A DNA stretch of 64,000 bases from an uncultured Planctomycetota bacterium (GTDB lineage: Bacteria; Planctomycetota; Planctomycetia; Isosphaerales; Isosphaeraceae): NCBI GenBank assembly GCA_963845755.1, contig CAWJTV010000007.1, positions 11,925 to 75,924 of the forward strand. Direction: 5' to 3'. The position numbers and the translations under genes were made by a program. How positions within the stretch are numbered: the first letter of the stretch is position 1; each line of letters begins with the position of its first letter. Below the pieces are notes generated by a model. The model made no database searches, was not told the origin of the DNA, and worked only from the letters and a program-made list of their open reading frames with translations. Below are positions 1-9,425 of this stretch, piece after piece.

Positions 1-159
1 GTCTACGTCGAAGGCTATGCCGCCACGCAACGGCATTTCATCAACGGCCTCATCGCGGCCACCGAGCACGAGACCCGGGCTTCCGACAATCTTAAAACGA
101 TGGATGTCATCTGGACGGCCTATCGCGCGGCCGAGGAAGGTCGCAGCCTCTCGGTCTGA
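1..159 (+). CDS. 3' end of a probable Gfo/Idh/MocA-family oxidoreductase (partial)
   Basis: Frame 1 is open from base 1: VYVEGYAATQRHFINGL...DNLKTMDVIWTAYRAAEEGRSLSV*, a typical C-terminus for this family. Confidence 0.5.
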   Translation, partial: VYVEGYAATQRHFINGLIAATEHETRASDNLKTMDVIWTAYRAAEEGRSLSV

Positions 160-180
160 ATTCCGTGCCGAACCTCACGC

Positions 181-210
181 TTGCCCGCGGGTGCGCTCAG
201 TGGTTACGAT
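181..210 (+). promoter_or_regulatory. Possible sigma70 promoter of the tRNA
   Basis: TTGCCC-N18-TACGAT, 30 nt upstream of the tRNA. Confidence 0.3.
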
Positions 211-239
211 AGCGGAGGTAATGCTCGCTTGATCGACCC

Positions 240-313
<74 letters not shown>

Positions 314-423
314 TTTGACATAACATCCGCCGAAAGCAAGACTTAGCTTACCTGTCGAATCCGACAGAGCGGCCCCTTTCAAACCCAAGAAAGCCGGTAG
401 TCTACCGGATTTGGGGCCGTACC

Positions 424-1635
424 ATGCATGCACAAGCCTCCCGCGTTCCCTCCTACCGACTCCATAAACCGACGGGCCTGGCGGTCGTGACGATCGGCGG
501 TTGTGACGTCTATCTGGGCAAACACGACACTCCCGAGAGCCGGGCCGAGTATGATCGGCTCATCGCCGAATGGTTGGCGACTGGCCGACGTTCCATGACG
601 GCCAACGCGGCCTCCGGGGCCGATCTCACCATCAACGAATTGCACCTGGCGTACGTCCATCACGCCGACAGCTACTATGTCAAGAACGGCAAACCGACAA
701 CGGAGCCGGTGAACATCCGATTGGCTCTCCGGCCTCTCCGCCAACTTTACGGGCACACCCTGGCTCGAGAGTTCGGGCCTCTCCGGCTCAAGACCGTTCG
801 CAAGGCGATGATCGACTCTGGCCTCTGTCGGAGCGAGGTCAACAAACGGGTCCGACACGTCCTCCGGGCGTTCAAATGGGCCGTTGGTGAGGAGATGGTC
901 CCTCCATCCCTCCATCACGGCCTGAAAGCCGTCCCGGGCCTCCGCCGGGGCCGGGCCGACGTCCGGGAATCGGAGCCGGTCAAGCCGGTCCCTGATGCTT
1001 TCGTGGATGCAATCCAGCCTCACATCTCCCGCCAGATTTGGGCTATAGTCCAACTCCAACGCCTCTCCGGCATGCGGCCTGGGGAGGCTTGCATCATGCG
1101 GACGATCGACATCGACACGACCGGCCGTGTGTGGGTCTACACGCCGGAATCCCACAAGACTGAGCACCACGGCCGGGAGCGACGGATCTATCTCGGCCCC
1201 GCGGCCCAAGAGATTCTCCGGCCGTGGCTCCGAACCGAGTTGACGGCCTACCTGTTCTCTCCGGCCGAAGCGGAGGCCGAACGTCGGGCCGAACAGAGGG
1301 TAAGGCGGGAAACCCGGGTCCAACCGTCGCAAGTGAGTCGACGGAGGCGGAAGCCCAGCAAGGCTCCCGGCCAACGTTACACGGTTGATTCGTACCGGCG
1401 AGCGATCGAGTACGGCATCAAGTGGGCAAATCGGGAGTCAGGAAGGGATGAGACTCGCGCAATTCCGCACTGGCATCCGCACCAGCTCCGGCACAACGCC
1501 GCGACCCGCCTGCGTCGGGAGTTCGGCCTCGACGTCGCACGGGCGGTCCTCGGGCATAGTTCGCCGGCAGTGACGGAAGTCTACGCCGAGCTCGATCACG
1601 CCAAGGCCGCCGACGCCATGGCGAGGATCGGCTGA
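424..1635 (+). CDS. Tyrosine recombinase / phage-type integrase
   Basis: GMRPGE (R), HKT (K), HQLRH (HxxR), LGH, EVY (Y); 110 bp downstream of the tRNA. Confidence 0.95.
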   Translation: MHAQASRVPSYRLHKPTGLAVVTIGGCDVYLGKHDTPESRAEYDRLIAEWLATGRRSMTANAASGADLTINELHLAYVHHADSYYVKNGKPTTEPVNIRLALRPLRQLYGHTLAREFGPLRLKTVRKAMIDSGLCRSEVNKRVRHVLRAFKWAVGEEMVPPSLHHGLKAVPGLRRGRADVRESEPVKPVPDAFVDAIQPHISRQIWAIVQLQRLSGMRPGEACIMRTIDIDTTGRVWVYTPESHKTEHHGRERRIYLGPAAQEILRPWLRTELTAYLFSPAEAEAERRAEQRVRRETRVQPSQVSRRRRKPSKAPGQRYTVDSYRRAIEYGIKWANRESGRDETRAIPHWHPHQLRHNAATRLRREFGLDVARAVLGHSSPAVTEVYAELDHAKAADAMARIG

Positions 1636-2083
1636 CCCGTCGCCAGGCACCGGGCATGATGGGCCTATCCATCGGTTTTGCGACATCACCGAGTGACGCC
1701 ACCAAGCTGGCCGGCCACCGGTTCCGCCTTCCGTGCTGGGCCTGGCCGGCCGCTCTGGCCGCCGTCCACGGCGGTCTCGTGGGAATGGCCCTGATGCTCG
1801 TCCTCGGCCTCCACGAGGCCGCCAGGCTCGTCCACGGGCCGTGGCGAGACCCGGCCAAGCGGATCATGGACAACCCCTACGCGAAGGTCGTCCTCGCCGA
1901 CGAGCCGGATGATGTCCGTGCCGGCGGCGACCCGCCTGGCTTCGAAAACACAAAGACCGTCGTGTATCAGGACACGACGACCGACCAGCGCCTGTTCTCG
2001 AAGGCCTTCGGGGAGGGCCCGGACACCGGCAAGGGCGAGACCTATACGATGCCCGCCCCTGGTTCGGCGGCAAGACGTCGCCG

Positions 2084-2413
2084 TTGACGACGAGGATGAA
2101 GACGAATGACGGCCATCACCGTCACGATCGAGGACCAAATACCGGAAAGCCGAAGGACTGCCGCAAACGCGCCGTCGCCCGGGCCGTCAACCGCCAACTC
2201 GACCCCGAGCTCAAATCGCGCGTCGGCCGGCACGTGGTCTTGATCGAGAAGGACGAGCCGTCCATCTTCAACAGCCCGTTGTGGTCGGCCCACCTGTCGG
2301 CCGTCGCCCGCGAGCTCGTCGCGCGGATCGACATGAAGGGCTGCGACCCAGAGCCAACCCCCGTGACCTTCGACGCCGACATCCCGGCCGAATACCTGAG
2401 GAGCTCGACATGA
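2084..2413 (+). CDS. Hypothetical protein
   Basis: 109-aa ORF; its stop overlaps the next ATG (ATGA at 2410-2413). Confidence 0.4.
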   Translation: MTTRMKTNDGHHRHDRGPNTGKPKDCRKRAVARAVNRQLDPELKSRVGRHVVLIEKDEPSIFNSPLWSAHLSAVARELVARIDMKGCDPEPTPVTFDADIPAEYLRSST

Positions 2414-2742
2414 TCGACCAATCGATGATCGAATGCGAGGTCGTCGTCAGCGAGAAGTACCTCGAAGTCGGTATCCCGGGATCGGGCTGCCACTGTCCCG
2501 TCGCGATGGCGATCAAGGACCACGTCCAGGCCGATGTCTACGTCAGCATGGGCTTGAACTCGGTACTGTTCGGCCGACACAATGACGAAGGGATCGACGA
2601 GGTCGTCCTCCAACGGCCCGAGGTCGTCTGGTCCATTATCCGAGACGTCGATCGCGGATATCGACCGACGAAGGCCGTCCGATTCCCCCTTCCTATACCG
2701 GCCCGGTTCGTTCGATCGAGATCGATGAATGCGCGCAATTAG
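2410..2742 (+). CDS. Hypothetical protein (phage-like, CxCPVA motif)
   Basis: ATG at 2410 is coupled to the upstream stop; MIDQSMIECEVVVSEKYLEVGIPGSGCHCPVAMAI; normal composition. Confidence 0.5.
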   Translation: MIDQSMIECEVVVSEKYLEVGIPGSGCHCPVAMAIKDHVQADVYVSMGLNSVLFGRHNDEGIDEVVLQRPEVVWSIIRDVDRGYRPTKAVRFPLPIPARFVRSRSMNARN

Positions 2743-2916
2743 TCGAGGGAATGATTGGTTGCTAGCCATCGTTAATCCTTCGGTTATTCCTCTCGGGATT
2801 AAAACCATACGTGGGACGGAACGGGGGGGAGCCCTGCGACCCCCCTTCCGGACCATGTATAATCTTCCATAGGAAGTAATTAGCATAAAGCCAGAAATTC
2901 CGGGGAGGGACTGTGC

Positions 2917-3897
2917 ATGATCTTCCTTCGGAAGCATATTGGCATAAAAGAGGGCAAGCTTCGAATGGTTGATTTCGTGCAGACAATCAAGAGGAGAGAC
3001 GGGACATCTGCCTGCTCGCAAGGATTCGAGTATCTTCGCTCGCATCGAGGCTGGTATGCTCGCATCGAAAGTGGGGCTGTTGTCCTGCCTTTGATCGGCA
3101 AGCGACGCCCTCGACGCGCTCGTGATTGCTTCAATGCCGTGGCGGCCCTGCGCCGCAAGCACCTGCAAGCCCGGGCCCTTGCCGGTCATCTGTCGCTCGA
3201 AGAGGCCGGCCGGCTCGTGCGTTGTCGTCCGGCCTTCGCACATGTGAGGCCGGCTCTCGGTTTCTGCAAGTACGAACTCTGCCCCTACTGCTGGGCCCGC
3301 AAGGCGGCCTGGGCCTGGCAGGCGGTCGACGCCGCCTTGTTCGCCGTGCCGCCCGGTCAGAAGCAAAAGCGGCCTCGTTTCGAATATGACCTCGTCCTGG
3401 CAAGCCGGACCTTCAAGCCGGAGGTCCTGAAGCCTTACGTGAAAAATGTCCTGCCGAATCTGTCGCTCGTGTTTGCAGATCGGCTCGCCTGCCGCAAGAA
3501 GGACGTGAAAGGGCCGGTCCCGGCCCGCGGCCCTGAGATGGACGGCCTGGACTTCCTGGGCGCCCTCGATCGGCTGGCGATCGCGCCCGAATGGAAGGAC
3601 CCGAAGACCTGGCAGATCTCGATCCGGCAGGTCTTCGTCGTGCCCCCGGGCGGTACGATCGCGATCCAGGAGTCGAAGCAGAGGCGATTCGAAAAGCCAA
3701 AGCGCAAGCAGGTGGCCGCGGCGATCGCGTGGCTGCATCGCTACCCGCGGGGTTTCCTGATCGCCAACGGGAAGACCGCCAGACCAGAGGCGACGTCGCT
3801 CTACCTCGCCGCCCGGAAGGATCGTCGCTTATCGGCCGCGTACGGGATCTTCCGGAAGACGACGGCCCAACGTAGCCCCGTCCAGGACGCCGAGTAA
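2917..3897 (+). CDS. Zn-finger protein, divergent Rep_1-like (paralogue of 18631-19653)
   Basis: R-C-x-P...FCKYELCPYCWAR, WLHRYP, ARKDRRLSAAYGIFRK; colinear motifs shared with the 18631-19653 product; GGGAGG RBS-like sequence upstream. Confidence 0.6.
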   Translation: MIFLRKHIGIKEGKLRMVDFVQTIKRRDGTSACSQGFEYLRSHRGWYARIESGAVVLPLIGKRRPRRARDCFNAVAALRRKHLQARALAGHLSLEEAGRLVRCRPAFAHVRPALGFCKYELCPYCWARKAAWAWQAVDAALFAVPPGQKQKRPRFEYDLVLASRTFKPEVLKPYVKNVLPNLSLVFADRLACRKKDVKGPVPARGPEMDGLDFLGALDRLAIAPEWKDPKTWQISIRQVFVVPPGGTIAIQESKQRRFEKPKRKQVAAAIAWLHRYPRGFLIANGKTARPEATSLYLAARKDRRLSAAYGIFRKTTAQRSPVQDAE

Positions 3898-5651
3898 TCG
3901 CCGGGGACAGTGCCGGGGTTCGGGGTGGCGGCCCTGCATCAAGGACCGTGCGAACGACCGGCTGCGAGGCCGGGCCTCGGTGTGGGACCCGGCCGTCGGC
4001 CGCAAGCCCGCCTGGCCGGCGGCCGGTCGGTACGGGCGGGGGCGTCAATCGCCGAGCCATAGTGGCGGTCGAACCGGTCATCGCCTTCCCGTTACTCGGT
4101 GTCATGGTCGGAACTGGGCCGCGGGAGCGCAAGGAATAGTCTCGGTCGTATACGCCGGGGCCGTGCGATACATCCCAAGGACGACGACGAATTCCCGAAG
4201 CACGCGGTCGATAACGGAAGGAGGCGATCGGGCGAGTCGACGACCCCATGGACCACTGGCCACGCCATTACAACCCTGCTCCCGCCCGGCCTGTTGTGCC
4301 GCGCACGGTGGCCGAGGTTGGCGCCACCAACCCGGCGATCCGCTGTCTTCGGCCGACGGCCGCCGTGTACGCCCCGGCGCCTTGCCCTGCCTCGGCGAGG
4401 CTCGCGAGGCCGTCCTCCTGATATCGGTTGCCCGGGCCCGGGACTTGCTCAAGGCGCGCTCGGCCATGTCGCTCTTCTCGGCGGGCTGACCGGCCGCCTA
4501 GGCCGGGACCGGCGGGCGAATCGCCGATCGGGTTCTGTCAGGGCCGGGCCGGTCCGCCGGGCCCCGGCGCCCGGGGCCGCGAGGTACTCGACGTCATCTC
4601 AAGAACCGGCCGCCCTCGCCCGCCGACGCCGCACGTGATCCCGGGGACGGCGCCGCGTCCGCAACGGGGGCGTGAGTGCTCGCCGGCCATCTTCGGGAAT
4701 CGGGGGGCGACCGGCGCGATCGACCTGGTCGGCCGGCGGCGCCCGGAGGCCGCGAGGTTGGCCGCCCGACGGCACCGACCGGCCTCGGGTACCGAATGCG
4801 CACCGTCGTGCGTATTTCGCCGCTATGAACCGGTCTGCTTCCTGGCTGAGGACGACGCCGACGCCGCCCGCACGAACCCGACGCGATGCCGATCGAACCC
4901 GACGGCCATTGGCTGGCCAGCTCTCAGGGGCTTCGACCTCGATCGTCCGGGTCGCGGGGTCGGGTGGGCTGAGCCCACTCTATGAAGGTCGACCACCTTC
5001 TGCACCGGCGTGATCCGATCAGGCCTGGCCGCGGTCACGAACTCTAGCCGTGACCGGCGTCATTTCCCGGGGACGTCCGTCCTGCCGGCGGCGGAACAAG
5101 ATCGCATCTGAATCGGCGCCGCCCGTCGTTGGTCTTGCGACCAGCGCACCGTCTACGCCGTGCTCCCCGGCCGTCGAACGGGCCTGATCCCGGCCCACCT
5201 CCATGCCGTGGTTGCGACCGCACGCGTTAATCACGACGGCGGCGCAGGAGCGCGTGAGCATCCCCTTGGGGCCCCGGGGTTGGCCAGTATGCAGAACCCT
5301 CATTTTCAGCGCCGTGAATTGGCCCGTGAACTCGGGTGGCTCGGCGTAAGGCAGGACTCGTCCGACCACGCCCAGGACTTGGTCCCGACGGCCTCCGGCC
5401 CAGGGCATTGCACGCGAGCGGCGGCGCGATCATCGCGGCAGATATGAGGCCCCTGGCGCCAACACGATTCGCCGGCCGAATCCCAGGAGGACAGTCGGCT
5501 GGTTGACGGCAAATGGAACGACTGATCGCGCAATTCCAGATCGAATCTCCCCGGCGAGGCCAGGTCGATTAGGGCGCATCCGAGGATCTGGGTATGGTGG
5601 TTTGGTCGGCAATCGGATGCGAAACGTGGCAGCCGTGTAGGAGATCCTGAG

Positions 5652-6113
5652 TTGGCCGAATCTCGAGGCAAGGCGGCGGGAGGTCCTGGTGAAACTCCGA
5701 CTTTCAGAGACGAGGGCGAACGTGCGACGACCGCGCGGACCTGCTCGACCGGGGCCGCGTCATCTGGCCCGTCCTTCTACCAGATCGTCCTGGGCCGCGA
5801 CACGATCGTGACGTTGACCCAGGCCACCGCCCTGATCCCGCCACGGCGGCGCGGGCGGAAGGCCAGCGTATCGACGTTGTTCCGCTGGTCCACCTCGGGC
5901 TGCCGCGGGATCATCCTGCCCACGCTCCAGTGCGGCGGCACCCGCTGCACGTCGGTGGAGGCCCTCCAGTGGTTTTTCGAGATGCTCGGACAGGTCGGCC
6001 GGGGACGGGGCGCCCAGGCCGGTCCGGCGGGCATCCCGCTCCGGCGCAGCCCGGCCCAGCGCCGGCGGGCCGCCGAGGCGGCTGGCAGGCGCCTGGAGAA
6101 GATGGGCGCCTGA
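5652..6113 (+). CDS. DUF1580-type HTH protein (excisionase/regulator-like); true start probably further downstream
   Basis: TLTQATALIP..RGRKASVSTLFRWSTSGCRGIILPTLQCGGTRCTSVEALQWF. Confidence 0.75.
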   Translation: MAESRGKAAGGPGETPTFRDEGERATTARTCSTGAASSGPSFYQIVLGRDTIVTLTQATALIPPRRRGRKASVSTLFRWSTSGCRGIILPTLQCGGTRCTSVEALQWFFEMLGQVGRGRGAQAGPAGIPLRRSPAQRRRAAEAAGRRLEKMGA

Positions 6114-6350
6114 TCGGCGTGCCCATTCAACGCGGCGGCCCGGCCGCGGCCCTTCCTCGGGTCCGAGGGAAAGGAGCGGCGAGCCGCCGGCACGCGACGG
6201 GCCGGGTTGCCGGGGCGGATCGTCGCCGGGTCGTGTCAAGACAGAGATGGCTCCCTAAAGTGAGGGAACCAACCATGATTCGGAAGCCGGAGGCCGGCAC
6301 CGGACATCGTGTCCGGGACCCACGCGGGGACGGCGGCCGCTGGCGGCCGT

Positions 6351-6556
6351 CCCCATCGGCGGCGCGATCGGGACGTGGTTTCTTATTACCCGGCGCGCCG
6401 CAGATGTCCCAGCCCTCTCGTGTCCGGACATCGTGTCCGGTCACCTGGAGATGCCAGGGGCGCGGCCGGGCGATATCGGGGCGATGAGTTCGGGTCGGTC
6501 GTCATCAGGGGGGCGGAGCCGGGTGGGTCACCTAACGTCGCGGAACCGGTCGTGTC
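6351..6556 (+). repeat. Degenerate ~205-bp direct repeat, copy 1 (upstream of RecQ)
   Basis: Aligns with 9120-9324, e.g. ggacatcgtgtccggtca..ggagatgccagggg..cgcggccgggcg..atcggg..ttcgggtc.gtcgt..atcag.gggcggagcc..ctaac..gaacc.gtcgtgtc. Confidence 0.85.
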
Positions 6557-6881
6557 TCCGCGGTCTGGAAGGTCGCCGCTGGTCCACGGCGGCGGCTCAC
6601 CGCTTCCCGTTACGCTATCTCGGGACGATGGCCGGTCCCGCAAAGTCGGCTTGAGTAGATCCGGGTGCTGCCGGATTCCGGGCCGGACGTCAACGCGGGA
6701 GCCGCGTCACCGCTGGCCGCGTTTTGTCCCAGGCACGCCTTCGGCGACAATGAGCGTCCGACCAGTCGAGTGGACCGCTGCCGAGATCTGGGTTGCCCCG
6801 GCAGCCTCCGCCGACGTCTGATGCTCGCCTACGATCCGGGCCAATTGCGGCCCACACCAAAGCGCACGAAAGGTCTATCCC

Positions 6882-8954
6882 TTGCCAACGCTCGACCATG
6901 CTCGCCGGACGCTCAAGGACGTGTTCGGCCACAGCAGCTTCCTCCCCGGCCAGGACCTGGTGATTGCCCGCATTCTCAGTGGGACCTCGACTGTTGCGAT
7001 CTTCCCCACTGCCGGCGGTAAGAGTCTCTGCTACCAGCTTCCGGCCCTCCTGCTCGACGGCCTGACCGTGGTCGTCTCGCCCCTGATCGCCCTGATGCAG
7101 GACCAGGTCGATCAGCTCGTCCGAAAGGGCATCCCGGCCGCCCGGCTCGACTCCAGCCTCGACACTCAAGAGGCCGCCAAGGTCTACGCTGGCCTCGACG
7201 CAGGCCGCTTCAAGCTCCTCTACCTGTCCCCCGAACGCTTTGCCAGCGAGCGGATGCGACAGACTCTGGCCCGGCATTCGATCGCGTCGCTGGCGATCGA
7301 CGAATCGCACTGTATCAGCGAGTGGGGCGATAACTTCCGACCTGAGTACCTCAAACTGGCGCGACTGGCGGAGCAACTCAACGTCGGCTGCGTGCTGGCG
7401 CTGACGGCGACCGCCACGCCGAAGGTCGCCGGGGACATCGCCCAGGCCTTCCGGATCGCACCGGAGAACATCGTCACAACCGGTTTTCATCGGCCGAACC
7501 TGGAGCTTCACGCCGTCCCCTGCCGCCCCGATGAGCGTCTGGGGCTGTTGCGACAGTGGCTCGAGTCCCGTCCGCCTGGCCCGGCGATCGTCTACGTGTC
7601 GCTCCAACATACGGCCGAGGAGGTGGCCAAGGCCCTGGCCGAACTGGGCCACGACGCCGTCGCCTATCACGCCGGTATGCCGGCTGAGGAACGGCGCCGG
7701 ATCCAGGATGGCTTCATGATCGCGCAGTCTCAGATCATTGTCGCGACGATCGCCTTCGGCATGGGCATCGACAAGGCGAATATCCGCGCGATCTACCACT
7801 ACAACCTTCCCAAGAGCCTGGAAGACTATGCGCAGGGGATCGGCCGTGCCGGTCGCGACGGCGAGCCCGCCACATGCGTGCTTTTCGCCTGCTCCGAGGA
7901 TGTGCTGGCTCTCGAGAACTTTGCCTACGGTGACACGCCGACGCCGGAGGTGGTCGCGGACCTGCTCGCCGACGTGCTGAGTCGCGGTCCCGAGTTCGAC
8001 GTATCTGTTCACGACCTGGCCCAGACGCACGACGTTCGCATTCCCGTCGTGAAGACCCTGCTGACCTACCTCGAGCTGGAGCAAGTCCTGACGGCGACCG
8101 CGTCGTTCTGCAAGGAGTACATATTCCAGCCGCGGCGATCGGTCGAGGCGATCCTGGGATGCCTCGACGCGGGGCGGGCCGCGTTCCTTCACGGGCTGTT
8201 CCGTCGGGCTCGCCTGGGCACTACCTGGTGGACGCTGGATGTGGCGTCGGCCGTGCAGGCCTTGCGTGTGCCCCGCGACCGGATTCTCGAAGCGTTGACC
8301 GCCCTGGAGGTCCAGGGCGAGCTGGTCCTCAAGTTCAGCGGGGCGAGGCAGGCATATCGCCTGCTCCAACCTGCCCCGGACCTCCCGCGGCTCGGCTCGC
8401 TGCTGGCCGAACGGCTGTTGCAACGCGAAGGGCGGGAGGTCGCTCGAGTGCGGGCTATGCTCGAGTTCGCCCAGGAGAGGGGCTGCTTGACGAGGCGGTT
8501 GCTGAACCACTTCGGCGAGGCGATGGACGCCGATTGCGGCCATTGCGGTCCTTGCCTCGACGAGCCGCCGAGACCCGTGCCGGCTCCGACGGTCCGGCAA
8601 CTCGGTCTCGCCGAGTGGGACCTCGTGGCCAGATTGCGGTCCGAGGGGCACGCGGCGCTGGCGAGCCCGCGGCAGCTCGCGCGTTTCTTGTGCGGGCTGA
8701 CCTCGCCGGCCACGACGCGCGCCAAGCTGACGAAGGACCGCCGATTCGGCAAGCTGGCCGACGTCCCGTTCCGGGATGTCCTCAGGTTTGTCGAGGGGTG
8801 CGGCTCCGTCTCCCCGGCCCGAGCTCCCGAGGGTCACGAGACGCTGCGACGGGTAGCCGACCGCAAGCCGACGGCATCCGCGAGCGCGTTCGGGGGCACG
8901 CCCAGGCCGGACTCGCGTGTACCGGTCCTGACCAGGCGTCGCGCTGGTCGATGA
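6882..8954 (+). CDS. recQ: RecQ-family ATP-dependent DNA helicase
   Basis: PTAGGKSLCYQLP, VVSPLIALMQDQV, DESHCISEWGDNFRPEY, LTATAT, ATIAFGMGIDK, GRAGRDG, C-terminal CGHCGPC Zn site. Confidence 0.93.
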   Translation: MPTLDHARRTLKDVFGHSSFLPGQDLVIARILSGTSTVAIFPTAGGKSLCYQLPALLLDGLTVVVSPLIALMQDQVDQLVRKGIPAARLDSSLDTQEAAKVYAGLDAGRFKLLYLSPERFASERMRQTLARHSIASLAIDESHCISEWGDNFRPEYLKLARLAEQLNVGCVLALTATATPKVAGDIAQAFRIAPENIVTTGFHRPNLELHAVPCRPDERLGLLRQWLESRPPGPAIVYVSLQHTAEEVAKALAELGHDAVAYHAGMPAEERRRIQDGFMIAQSQIIVATIAFGMGIDKANIRAIYHYNLPKSLEDYAQGIGRAGRDGEPATCVLFACSEDVLALENFAYGDTPTPEVVADLLADVLSRGPEFDVSVHDLAQTHDVRIPVVKTLLTYLELEQVLTATASFCKEYIFQPRRSVEAILGCLDAGRAAFLHGLFRRARLGTTWWTLDVASAVQALRVPRDRILEALTALEVQGELVLKFSGARQAYRLLQPAPDLPRLGSLLAERLLQREGREVARVRAMLEFAQERGCLTRRLLNHFGEAMDADCGHCGPCLDEPPRPVPAPTVRQLGLAEWDLVARLRSEGHAALASPRQLARFLCGLTSPATTRAKLTKDRRFGKLADVPFRDVLRFVEGCGSVSPARAPEGHETLRRVADRKPTASASAFGGTPRPDSRVPVLTRRRAGR

Positions 8955-9119
8955 TCTGTTCCGACAAACCGAGGGGCTCGTCGCCGAGCCCCGCGCGGTA
9001 TTCTGGCCCGAAAGCCGGCAAGGCCGACTTGCATCCTCGGAGAACGATCTGCGTTCGGCCGCCCCCGGGTAGGTGGGGTTGGTCATCGAAGCGATCCTCG
9101 CGTGGGTCCATCGGGGCCG

Positions 9120-9324
9120 CCCATCCGGCGCGCGATCCGGGCGTGGTCACTGCTTACCCAGCCCACCCCCTTTGTCCCATCCCTTTCCCATCTGGACATC
9201 GTGTCCGGTCATGAGGAGATGCCAGGGGGTCGCGGCCGGGCGCCATCGGGACGACGATTCGGGTCTGTCGTATCAGAGGGGCGGAGCCGCGTAAGTTTTC
9301 TAACAGTACAGAACCAGTCGTGTC
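9120..9324 (+). repeat. Degenerate ~205-bp direct repeat, copy 2 (downstream of RecQ)
   Basis: See copy 1 at 6351-6556. Confidence 0.85.
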
Positions 9325-9425
9325 GCCGCAGTGTGCGAACTCGCCAGATGGCCACCGGGACTTCTCTGCCGAGGGATCGTTCAAAAGCATCCTGCTCGCG
9401 GTCATGGACCCGGATCGGCCGAGAA

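Noticed and set aside
2122..3738. Long antisense or alternate-frame ORFs (also 6690-9086, 27099-29579, 28690-30561, 47603-49018)
   Set aside because: They shadow real genes, are Arg/Pro/Gly-rich and have no motifs; typical of high-GC DNA
3900..5650. Protein-coding genes in this interval
   Set aside because: No ORF with recognisable motifs or credible composition; only a hairpin near 5033-5057
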